Positions 10,293 to 18,855 of a stretch of DNA of 64,000 bases are shown piece after piece. The notes under the pieces are model-generated. The model was not told the DNA's origin. It saw only the letters and a program-made list of their open reading frames with translations, and searched no databases. Origin of the DNA: Bdellovibrionales bacterium (lineage in GTDB: Bacteria > Bdellovibrionota > Bdellovibrionia > Bdellovibrionales > UBA1609); assembly GCA_965199825.1 (NCBI GenBank), contig OZ241329.1:2240001-2304000 (forward strand), given 5' to 3'. Numbering within the stretch: position 1 is the first letter of the stretch; every line of letters starts with the position of its first letter. Made by a program: the position numbers and the translations under genes.

Positions 10293-11311
10293 TCCGCTCC
10301 AACACATCGCTCATTAAAAATGGTTTAGTCCCTGAAGATAGCGAATCCTGGCTCAACCTGGTTAAACAAGGTTTAGATATTCGCATTCCTGACGAAATCG
10401 GCAAGAATCTAAAAAATAATCCGACTCTGTCTAAGCAGTTTGTTCCCTCAAAAAATGAACTGCTTTTTTTACCCGAAGAACTCAATGACCCCATCGGCGA
10501 TGAACGCTTTACCCCTGTTAAGGGTTTAACTCATCGCTACGGTGACCGTGCTCTGTTAAAACTGACCTATCATTGTGGGGTGTATTGTCGGTTTTGTTTT
10601 CGGCGTTATAAAGTCTCAAAAGATTCAGACTCGATCGATCTTGAAGCTGCTCTCGATTACCTTCGTTCACATCCTGAAATTTGGGAGGTGATTCTGACGG
10701 GTGGGGATCCCTTGATGTTGGCCGATAAAGAACTGTTTGAAGTTTTAGATCAGCTCAATCAAATTGAGAGTCTCAAAGTGATACGCTTCCACACTCGAAT
10801 GCCTTCAGCCGTTCCAAAGCGTGTGACACCTCACCTTATTGAGCGCTTGAAAGGTTTAAACAAAGCAGTCTGGGTGGTGGCCCACATCAATTCTCATCTC
10901 GAACTGAGCCCCAATACGAATGAATGCCTTAACAGATTGATCCACAATGGAATCCCAGTCGTTTCACAATCGGTTTTGCTGAAGGGTGTGAACGATAGTA
11001 TTGAGCTATTGCAAAAGCTTTTTAGAGGATTAGTGGAGCAAAAGGTAAAGCCCTATTATCTGCACTATCCTGACTTTGCTGAAGGAACATCCCATTTTCG
11101 AATTCCATTGGATCAGGCGATTCAACTGTTTGCAAGTTTGCGGGGTAAAATCAGCGGACTCTGTTTACCCCAGTTTATTTTGGATATACCAGGAGGCTTA
11201 GGTAAAATTTCTTTAGAGCCTGAGCGTTTTGAGCGCCTCTCGAAAGAACAATGGCGCTTTAAAAGTCCGCTCGATGACGAATGGATTTTTTTAAACTATC
11301 CCATTCGCTAA
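10283..11311 (+). CDS. KamA-family radical SAM enzyme (lysine 2,3-aminomutase / EpmB-like)
   Basis: DPIGDE, HRYGDR, CGVYCRFCFRR, ILTGGDPL, QSVLLKGVND, PYYLH, DIPGGLGK. Confidence 0.9.
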   Translation: MAVIRSNTSLIKNGLVPEDSESWLNLVKQGLDIRIPDEIGKNLKNNPTLSKQFVPSKNELLFLPEELNDPIGDERFTPVKGLTHRYGDRALLKLTYHCGVYCRFCFRRYKVSKDSDSIDLEAALDYLRSHPEIWEVILTGGDPLMLADKELFEVLDQLNQIESLKVIRFHTRMPSAVPKRVTPHLIERLKGLNKAVWVVAHINSHLELSPNTNECLNRLIHNGIPVVSQSVLLKGVNDSIELLQKLFRGLVEQKVKPYYLHYPDFAEGTSHFRIPLDQAIQLFASLRGKISGLCLPQFILDIPGGLGKISLEPERFERLSKEQWRFKSPLDDEWIFLNYPIR

Positions 11312-11421
11312 AGCTCAAAATTGGCAACACTGATCAGCGCTTAGTCAAAGCGCAATTTCGTCACTCCAAGCCCTAATGCCCTTTAAGCTCTTAATCAGCG
11401 GTCAAATTGCCTACTTACAGA

Positions 11422-11437
11422 GGGCATATTTGTTGAA
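11422..11437 (+). promoter_or_regulatory. Possible sigma54-type promoter for the VWA lipoprotein
   Basis: GGGCATATTTGTTGAA (GG-N10-GA, imperfect -12), ~33 nt before the ATG. Confidence 0.35.
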
Positions 11438-11469
11438 ACTCCCCTGTCAGGGAACAGAGGGGTAGAGTG

Positions 11470-12585
11470 ATGAAAAAGGTAATATTGTTTAGTTTCGTTG
11501 CAGTCTTAACAGCAAGCTCAATGGCATGCTCGAAAGTGAGTTTCTCAAACAGTGCAGCGGCGGGCTCGACAGCAGCAGGTGGATATGATTACACCTACTC
11601 CACAACAGGAGTTGTCAAAACCGATCTGTTATTTGTGGTTGATAACTCGGCATCGATGTCGGTATTGCAACAACAAATGGGAACAAAATTTCCATCGCTC
11701 TTTAGTCGCATCCAAGGATTAGACTATCACATCGCCATCACTAACACCGATGTGACCAGTGCCAACAACCCACAACGTTCCGAGATCGCAGGCTTTCCAT
11801 ATACTCAAGATGGTCAGTTGATTCCATTTCCTGATGGTTCAAAAGTATTGTCGAATGCTTCAAACAATCCTCAATCACAGTTTTTGCAAACAATCATCCG
11901 TCCTGAGACATCACAGTGTCAGCAGTACATTCAGAATTTTTGTCCAAACGGATGTTCGGATCAAGCGACACTTCATTACTATTGTCCTTCAGAAGAAACT
12001 CGAGCCATCGAAGCGTCATTGATGACCGTACAAAGTTCATCAGGTTTTATTCGTGACAGTTCGGTACCTTTAAATATTATCATCCTATCAAACGCGGATG
12101 AGCGTGGGTCGGGTGGAATTTTGTCGGATTATCCAATGGAATCGAATGATCAACCGAGCGCCTTAATCTCCACAGTGTCTCAGGCTTATCCTGGTAAACA
12201 ATTAAAAGTTCACTCAATGATTATCGAGCCCGGTGATGGCGGATGTTACAATGCGCAATACCAAACATTTGGCAAATTTATTTTCGGTTGGTATGGCAAT
12301 GTGTACGCTGCATTGTCGCAATCCACCGGAGGAGTGATGGGGAATGTCTGCGCTCCCGATTACAGCTCGACACTCACAAATATTGCAATCTCGGCCACAG
12401 CCGATAACGGAGATCGCGATTTGCCATGTCAGCCCCAAAACAACCAAGTGACCGTGACTTTATCAAACGGTCAAACACCTGCCTATTATGTGCAGTCAAC
12501 TTCAGCTGGAGCAGCAAGATTGATTTTTACTCAAGCTGTTCCGCCACAAGTCAGCGTGCGAGTTCAGATTCTTAAATGCTCATAA
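11470..12585 (+). CDS. VWA-domain lipoprotein
   Basis: Lipobox SSMAC; DLLFVVDNSASM (DxSxS MIDAS); several Cys; GAGGGG SD. Confidence 0.8.
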   Translation: MKKVILFSFVAVLTASSMACSKVSFSNSAAAGSTAAGGYDYTYSTTGVVKTDLLFVVDNSASMSVLQQQMGTKFPSLFSRIQGLDYHIAITNTDVTSANNPQRSEIAGFPYTQDGQLIPFPDGSKVLSNASNNPQSQFLQTIIRPETSQCQQYIQNFCPNGCSDQATLHYYCPSEETRAIEASLMTVQSSSGFIRDSSVPLNIIILSNADERGSGGILSDYPMESNDQPSALISTVSQAYPGKQLKVHSMIIEPGDGGCYNAQYQTFGKFIFGWYGNVYAALSQSTGGVMGNVCAPDYSSTLTNIAISATADNGDRDLPCQPQNNQVTVTLSNGQTPAYYVQSTSAGAARLIFTQAVPPQVSVRVQILKCS

Positions 12586-12842
12586 CCGTTTCGCATATTT
12601 TGGTTCGGCATCGTTATGAGGCCGAAGATATCTTGAGAAAACTTAAAGAGGGCGTGCTCTTTACTGAGCTTGCCCAAAAGTTTTCGATCTGTAGCTCAAA
12701 CAAAAATTCAGGATTTTTAGGGGAAGTTGAAATCACTCGACTTGATCCCGATTTTGCTCAAGCCGCTCTTGAACTCAAGCCCAATGTGGTTTCGGGCATT
12801 GTAAAAACACGTTTTGGTTATCATTTGATTCAACGCCATTGA
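12576..12842 (+). CDS. ppiC: Parvulin-type peptidyl-prolyl isomerase
   Basis: SHILV, FTELAQKFSICSS, VKTRFGYHLI; 88 aa. Confidence 0.88.
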   Translation: MLITVSHILVRHRYEAEDILRKLKEGVLFTELAQKFSICSSNKNSGFLGEVEITRLDPDFAQAALELKPNVVSGIVKTRFGYHLIQRH

Positions 12843-12895
12843 ATTGAGATTTCATTTCAATTACACTCACACTTTTTTTCAGATGGAGTGTCGAG

Positions 12896-13897
12896 TTGCC
12901 CCAATTGACCATGCCCGCCGAATGGGCCCAACATAAAAGTGTTTGGCTTGCTTGGCCTTCACACAAAAGCCTATGGCGAGAGAATCTCGAGATCGCACAA
13001 ACAGAATTTATTGAATTGTGCAAAGAAATATCAAAAAGCGAAGCCATTGAGATGCTTGTGCCAAACAGTGAGATCCTTCAAATTGCAAAGAAGGCTTTGG
13101 GTCCATTAAATATCACTTTCCATCAAATTCCATTTGGAGATATTTGGCTGCGCGACACGGCCCCCTTATTTTTGAAAGCGGATGCGGCAAAAACAATTGC
13201 GATGTGCTTTATGTTTAATGGTTGGGGCGATAAATATGACTTGCCTTACGACCGCCAAGTTGCAAAAGACATTGCCGACGCCTCAAAATACAAAACCCTC
13301 AACACCCCCTTTGTGCTTGAGGGAGGCTCGATCGATGTGGACGGGGAAGGAACTCTGCTGACCACCGAACAGTGTTTGCTCAACCCCAACCGCAACCCTG
13401 GATTTTCAAAAAGTGATATTGAGAGCATCTTGGCCCAAACCCTTTCGATCAAAAAAATTCTGTGGCTCAAATCTGGCTTGCTTAACGATCACACAGATGG
13501 ACACATCGATACCATCGCTCGCTTTACCGCTCCAGGCGAAGTTGTCTGCATGGCCCCCTCTGGCCAGGATGATCCCAATGCCGAGGTCTACGCCGAAATT
13601 TTTGCTGATTTAAAGCAGATGACCGATGCTCAGGGCCAGCGTCTCAAAGTGACACAAATCCCTTCACCTGGCCTTATCAAAGATCAAGAGGGTGAGATCA
13701 TGCCGGCCAGTTTCGTCAACTTTTATATTTCTAACGGATCGGTTATTGTTCCAACCTATGAGTCCAAATATGATCACGATGCGGTCAGCGCCATTGCCCA
13801 ATTGTTTCCACATCGAAAAACGATCGGACTTAAAAGCCGTGCAATTTTGAGCGGCGGTGGAAGTTTTCACTGCATCTCCCAACAGGAGCCCATATGA
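12896..13897 (+). CDS. aguA: Agmatine deiminase
   Basis: MPAEW, DIWLRD, LEGGSIDVDGEGT, DHTDGHID, GGGSFHCISQQ. Confidence 0.95.
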   Translation: MPQLTMPAEWAQHKSVWLAWPSHKSLWRENLEIAQTEFIELCKEISKSEAIEMLVPNSEILQIAKKALGPLNITFHQIPFGDIWLRDTAPLFLKADAAKTIAMCFMFNGWGDKYDLPYDRQVAKDIADASKYKTLNTPFVLEGGSIDVDGEGTLLTTEQCLLNPNRNPGFSKSDIESILAQTLSIKKILWLKSGLLNDHTDGHIDTIARFTAPGEVVCMAPSGQDDPNAEVYAEIFADLKQMTDAQGQRLKVTQIPSPGLIKDQEGEIMPASFVNFYISNGSVIVPTYESKYDHDAVSAIAQLFPHRKTIGLKSRAILSGGGSFHCISQQEPI

Positions 13898-14727
13898 AAA
13901 TCAAAGTGGGTGCGGTCCAAGCCGCATTTTCAGAAAACAAACAGGCCAACATTGACCTGATCACAAAACTCATTCGCAAAGCAGCTCAAGACGGCGCACA
14001 AGTGATACTTCCGCCAGAATTGTTTGAAAATATTTATTTCTGTCGCACTCAGGACGAATCGTTTTTTGCAACCGCACAGCCGGTTGAAAATCATCCGATG
14101 ATTGAGCACTTTCAAAATCTCGCTCGAGAGCTCAAAGTGGTGTTGCCCATTTCTTTTTTCGAGAAGGCGCATCATTGTTACTACAACAGCTTGGTGATGA
14201 TTGATGCCGATGGGCGCTCACTTGGGGTGTATCGCAAGAGTCACATTCCCGACGGCCCAGGATACCAAGAAAAATTTTATTTTAAACCCGGTGACACCGG
14301 CTTTAAAGTTTTTAAAACACAGTTTGGAACAATCGGAATTGGGATTTGCTGGGATCAATGGTACCCCGAAACCGCACGAGAATTGATGCTTCAAGGTGCC
14401 GAAATTTTGTTTTTTCCAACCGCGATCGGCAGCGAACCTCATGATCCTTCGTTAAACACAAAAGATTTATGGCAACGCGCAATGATCGGTCACGCTGTCT
14501 CAAACGTGGTGCCTGTGGTCGCAAGCAACCGGATTGGTACCGAAAGCGGCCAACATTTTTATGGCCACTCGTTTATTGCCTCTCACCGCGGAGAGATCGT
14601 TGCAGAGATGGATGAGAACTCGAGCGGTTTCATCACAGCCGAATTTGATTTAAAAATCATTGAGCGAAACCGAGCCGCCTTTGGATTTTTTCGTGACCGC
14701 AGATCCGATTTATACAAAAATATTTAA
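13894..14727 (+). CDS. aguB: N-carbamoylputrescine amidase
   Basis: Nitrilase E-K-C triad: PELF, YRKSHIPDGPGYQEKFYF, ICWDQWYPE. 4-bp overlap with aguA. Confidence 0.95.
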   Translation: MKIKVGAVQAAFSENKQANIDLITKLIRKAAQDGAQVILPPELFENIYFCRTQDESFFATAQPVENHPMIEHFQNLARELKVVLPISFFEKAHHCYYNSLVMIDADGRSLGVYRKSHIPDGPGYQEKFYFKPGDTGFKVFKTQFGTIGIGICWDQWYPETARELMLQGAEILFFPTAIGSEPHDPSLNTKDLWQRAMIGHAVSNVVPVVASNRIGTESGQHFYGHSFIASHRGEIVAEMDENSSGFITAEFDLKIIERNRAAFGFFRDRRSDLYKNI

Positions 14728-14747
14728 ACCTTTATCATGGAGTTTTT

Positions 14748-15179
14748 TTGAAACAAATGTACGACAGTTTTTTTGGATCGGTCAGACGCAAAGTTTCCTT
14801 CACGACGCGCTACGGATTGGTTGTGTTGGCGTTATGCACCATCACCTACGTGGTCGTTGGATATTGGAGCTATATTTTTTCAAAAACAATTTATGGCACC
14901 GTCCTCAGTGTTGAGCGCGTCACTCAAGCCAATTCGATCATCGCGACCAATCGACCGGTGGATCCGGTGCAGCTCTTTTCGTTTGCGGTTTCGTTGCGCG
15001 ATAAAAAAGGCAGCATATGGACTGCGGCAGGTGAAGACCGTCAGTGGGCGGTGGTCAAAGAAGGGCAGTGTATCGAGGCTCGGTTTTATCCTTATCCGCC
15101 TTGGGATTTGGCGAAGTCGGGGACTTATGCGAATGCGCGCCTAATAAGAATTTTTGACTGCGACAGCTGGCCCCTTTAA
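14748..15179 (+). CDS. Hypothetical membrane-anchored protein; stop codon lies in the IS left inverted repeat
   Basis: One N-terminal TM segment, then SFAV..EDRQWAVV..YPYPPW. Confidence 0.7.
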   Translation: MKQMYDSFFGSVRRKVSFTTRYGLVVLALCTITYVVVGYWSYIFSKTIYGTVLSVERVTQANSIIATNRPVDPVQLFSFAVSLRDKKGSIWTAAGEDRQWAVVKEGQCIEARFYPYPPWDLAKSGTYANARLIRIFDCDSWPL

Positions 15180-16197
15180 TTGTTTTTGGCCGAGGGTTTG
15201 CTCTACTGATTATTAATGAATCAGAGAACAAACCCAGTTTGCGAATGTGAAAAACAATCCGGCAAAGAGCGGATGCGCGTTCGCAAGGCCGGATTTTTCT
15301 TTCGTAAATCTGATCACAAAAAGATTCAGCGCTACACTTGTCTTGTGTGCAAAAAAAGTTCCTCAACCGCGACTCGCGAAATTTGTTATCGCCAGAAAAA
15401 AAGATCCTTAAATATTCCTATCTATCACAAACTTTGCGGTGGCTTTTCGAAACGAAGAACTGCTCTCGTCTTGAGAACGAATCGTAAAACTGTGATTCGA
15501 AAATTTCGCTTTCTGGCAAATCTCTCAATTGAGTTTTTTGAACAGCACTCTCAACCGAAAAATATCACCGAGGTGCAATTCGATGATATGGAAACCTTTG
15601 AGCATACAAAGTGTAAGCCGATTTCGATCACCCTTGCGGTCGACAAAAAAACCAGACGCATTCTCGGATTAGAGTGCAGTCAAATGCCTGCAAAAGGGCT
15701 TTTAAGCAAAAAAGCGAAAGTGAAGTACGGGCAACGAAAGGATGAGAGATCCATAGCTCGCAAAAGACTTTTTATTAAAATCAAACCCATGGTCAAAAAA
15801 GATTGCGTCTTTTATTCTGATCAAAATCCTCATTACGCCTCCGATGTAAAAAGACATTTTCAGTATCATGAGCACAAGACCTTTAAGGGAAGAAGGGGAT
15901 GTATAGTTGGCCAAGGTGAATTAAAGAGTGGAGGCTTTGATCCTCTTTTTAGCTTAAATCATACGTGCGCGATGATTCGAGATAATTTAAAGAGGATGTC
16001 GCGAAAGACTTGGTGCACTACCAAGAAAATTCAAGAACTCAGCAATCACTTGGCTATTTACACGGTTTATCACAACCAATTTTTGATAAATCCGAGCAAG
16101 TCCCACCAAATTTTTTCTGATCTGATGGGATTTGAGGATTAAAACCTAGTTCATCCTCTTCAATCATTTTTTAAAAAAACAATTAAAGGGGCCAGCT
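15165..16197 (+). mobile_element. IS1-like insertion sequence (~1.03 kb) with perfect terminal inverted repeats
   Basis: 15165-15187 AGCTGGCCCCTTTAATTGTTTTT is the exact reverse complement of 16175-16197. The repeats enclose one transposase ORF. Confidence 0.88.
15216..16142 (+). CDS. IS1-superfamily transposase (Zn-finger, HTH, RNase H fold)
   Basis: CECE..QRYTCLVCKK Zn ribbon, HTH, VQFDDMETF, FYSDQNPHY, IRDNLKRMSRKTWCTTK. Confidence 0.8.
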   Translation: MNQRTNPVCECEKQSGKERMRVRKAGFFFRKSDHKKIQRYTCLVCKKSSSTATREICYRQKKRSLNIPIYHKLCGGFSKRRTALVLRTNRKTVIRKFRFLANLSIEFFEQHSQPKNITEVQFDDMETFEHTKCKPISITLAVDKKTRRILGLECSQMPAKGLLSKKAKVKYGQRKDERSIARKRLFIKIKPMVKKDCVFYSDQNPHYASDVKRHFQYHEHKTFKGRRGCIVGQGELKSGGFDPLFSLNHTCAMIRDNLKRMSRKTWCTTKKIQELSNHLAIYTVYHNQFLINPSKSHQIFSDLMGFED

Positions 16198-17028
16198 TTA
16201 GAAGTTTAGGGGGATTCTGTTGTTGAGTGGCTGCAGCGGCCGATTATTCTTCGAATACACCTGTCGAAATTGCAGGATTTGGGCCTTCGACATTTCAACA
16301 GGTGTGTTGAGCACATACCATCGTACACCTTCGGTGCATGGTGGAGTGGTCAAGCTTCCGGTGTACATGTAATGAGTCATATGATCAGGCAAAAGGCGCG
16401 AAGGATCAAACAGGGTGTTTGGTTTTTCAACCACCATTCCTTTTTGTTTTGGAAAATTGTCGAAGATATCGCGGATGGTTTGATTTTCTTTACCCACAAT
16501 CAGGATGATCGCCACCACAGCAATTTCGCCATTGTCAGATTTATGAAAGAACTGGGCTTCCATTGGGAGGGAGTTGCCCGAGAGGGTGTGCTCCGAGGAG
16601 GTTCGAAATTGAATATGTGTGAGCGAAAAATTTTGGCCATGAAGTTTTGCACTGCTTTGGCCGCTTGTGCCCACTTCAATAGTGTATCCGTTATCCATCA
16701 CCTTTAATGGCTCGGGACGATAGTTAAAAGAAATTTCGCCCCCACCTTTTGGTTTATGGAATTTCAAATCTACCGGAGATTGGCTTTTGCCGGTGCGGCA
16801 CAAACTAAATTCAGGTTTGATGTCTCCCCAATGTTCGGGCCCAGTATCGCCTTCGTAACTCCAAATTCGAGTGACGGGCGAAACTTTAAACTCGCTCTTT
16901 TGCACTTTTTCGACCACAGGCGTGGGTACCGGTGAAGATTCAACCGGAACAATCACAGGCTCTTTGGGGTCGGATGCACAAGAAACAATAAAAGAAAAAA
17001 CACCGAAAATAAGTAGTCGTTGGATCAT
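16198..17028 (-). CDS. Lipoprotein alpha-carbonic-anhydrase-like protein, predicted catalytically inactive
   Basis: Lipobox IVSC; WSYEG, QSPVD, SEH, YTGSLTTPPCTEGVRW and NNRPLQPLN retained. Zn-ligand His positions are Q140, R142 and Q159. Confidence 0.88.
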   Translation of the reverse strand: MIQRLLIFGVFSFIVSCASDPKEPVIVPVESSPVPTPVVEKVQKSEFKVSPVTRIWSYEGDTGPEHWGDIKPEFSLCRTGKSQSPVDLKFHKPKGGGEISFNYRPEPLKVMDNGYTIEVGTSGQSSAKLHGQNFSLTHIQFRTSSEHTLSGNSLPMEAQFFHKSDNGEIAVVAIILIVGKENQTIRDIFDNFPKQKGMVVEKPNTLFDPSRLLPDHMTHYMYTGSLTTPPCTEGVRWYVLNTPVEMSKAQILQFRQVYSKNNRPLQPLNNRIPLNF

Positions 17029-17049
17029 GGATGTACCTCGCTTCGGTTA

Positions 17050-18291
17050 TCAAATAATATGATAAGCCTTAAGTCCACGAAAGAGTGTCTCGGTCATAAC
17101 TTTCGTGACAACGATAGTCGGAATCGCAAGAAGCATCCCGGCAAAACCAAAAATGATGGCTCCTCCCATCACTCCAAGAATCACCATCAAGGGGTGAAGG
17201 TTGACGGTGCCTCCCAAAATCACGGGGGCGTAAAAAAAACTGTCGAGAAAATGGGTGACCGCTACAACAAGTGCGACCCCGATGAAAATTTGGTCTGGCA
17301 TCAAACCAGGAATGACAGGAGTCAAATCCTCGGCAATCAAGGCATACAAAAATCCAACGCCCAACCCAATCATTGGGCCCACAAATGGAATGACATTGGT
17401 GAGGCCAGCAAAAATTCCGATCAGTAAGGCAACCTTTAACGGAATTCCGATTAAGAAAAATCCAAGCGTAAATGTGATACTCACGAGCAGGCATTCGATC
17501 AATGTGCCGCGCAGATAATTGCCAATGGCCGAGTCCACTTCGTAAATTGTTGTGAGCATCAATTCAAAATATCGATTGGGCGCGAGGCTGACGAAGTAGC
17601 GTAGAATATGACGGTCATCAAAGAGCAAAAATAAAAAGATAATCGGCATCAACAGCCAAATGGATGCGAGATGAAGAGCGGTCATTAGGGTTGATTCTTG
17701 TTTTGTGGTGATGTCGACAGAAGCAAGCTCGCGCGTTTCATTTTTGATTTGGTTGGCCGAAAAGTATTTGAGATATTTGGCGCTCAAATCTGTTTTCGAT
17801 TTGCTAAAACTTAGAAATCTTGAGGACTCTTCTTTATCCAATGTCAGAATGCGATTTAAGGAATTTTTAAGCGGTTCGAGTTCTCGTCCAAAAAGTGAGT
17901 GTAGAAAATTACCTTCTGAGGAGCCGGATTTGAGGCCCATAAATTTGGCGTAGCGTTCATTGAGTTTGTACTGCAATCGGACTTTGAGCTCAAGATTGCC
18001 GCGATCGTCGGGAAGGCTTGCCTGTACTGCAAAAAATAAAATGAGAAAGCCTAAAGACATCGCAACCAATGCCGAGCACACACGAAATTTGTATGGCAAA
18101 AATGAAATCGCGTGAGAGCGGATCAACGGACGAAATAAGTAAGCGAGTAAAACGCCCAAAGTGCAGGGCAAAATAAGATCGCGCAGCGCCCACACCACAA
18201 AAACCAAGAGCGAGGCCAGCACAACGGCAAGTGCTGTATAAATAAAAAATGTATGATCCGATTTTTGTTTAGGCAATTTTTCGATGGTCAC
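17050..18291 (-). CDS. AI-2E family (UPF0118) transporter with an enlarged soluble loop
   Basis: LLAYLFRP, GNYLRG, NVIPFVGP, NLHPL, GFAGMLLAIP. Confidence 0.88.
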   Translation of the reverse strand: MTIEKLPKQKSDHTFFIYTALAVVLASLLVFVVWALRDLILPCTLGVLLAYLFRPLIRSHAISFLPYKFRVCSALVAMSLGFLILFFAVQASLPDDRGNLELKVRLQYKLNERYAKFMGLKSGSSEGNFLHSLFGRELEPLKNSLNRILTLDKEESSRFLSFSKSKTDLSAKYLKYFSANQIKNETRELASVDITTKQESTLMTALHLASIWLLMPIIFLFLLFDDRHILRYFVSLAPNRYFELMLTTIYEVDSAIGNYLRGTLIECLLVSITFTLGFFLIGIPLKVALLIGIFAGLTNVIPFVGPMIGLGVGFLYALIAEDLTPVIPGLMPDQIFIGVALVVAVTHFLDSFFYAPVILGGTVNLHPLMVILGVMGGAIIFGFAGMLLAIPTIVVTKVMTETLFRGLKAYHII

Positions 18292-18799
18292 TTTGTGATT
18301 GTCCTAAGAGTAAGTTCGTTGCTTTTAATCTTTCGCCAATCACCAATGCGAGGGCCTTATAAACGTGGGCCGCAATTTCGGGTTGAGTTGGGATCAGCGA
18401 CAAAAGATCATTGCGAAACAAAGCAAAAGTCGAAGTGGTTTTGACCACGCGGGCGGAAGCTGAACGGACCGAATCGTCCAGCAGAGCAAGTTCTCCTAAA
18501 AAATCACCATCAGTTAAAGTGGCGATTTGGCCCGAGTTGCCTCTGTCGGTAAGCATCTCGATGCTAATCGTTCCGGTTTTTATAATAAACAAAGCAGCAG
18601 CGGGTTGACCCATTTCAAAAATATATTCGCCTTTTTGATAAGTTCTTTCGTGGAGGATGCGCGACATGACGAGAAGCTGTTTGTGATTGAGCATTTCAAA
18701 AAAAGGTAAGGATTTTAGAAATTGGATTTTTTCTTGTGTGGGCGATTGGATCAAGCGTCTTTTGACTCTTGTCCACATGATTGCGACTGGGGTTTTCAT
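18269..18799 (-). CDS. Stand-alone cyclic-nucleotide-binding domain protein
   Basis: GEYIFEMGQ; phosphate-binding cassette GELALLDDSVRSASA; no C-terminal HTH. Confidence 0.9.
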   Translation of the reverse strand: MKTPVAIMWTRVKRRLIQSPTQEKIQFLKSLPFFEMLNHKQLLVMSRILHERTYQKGEYIFEMGQPAAALFIIKTGTISIEMLTDRGNSGQIATLTDGDFLGELALLDDSVRSASARVVKTTSTFALFRNDLLSLIPTQPEIAAHVYKALALVIGERLKATNLLLGQSQSDHRKIA

Positions 18800-18855
18800 C
18801 TTAGATAAATCGGAAAATAAGACCCAAAGATTGATTGAGGAATCTAAAACTGGCC

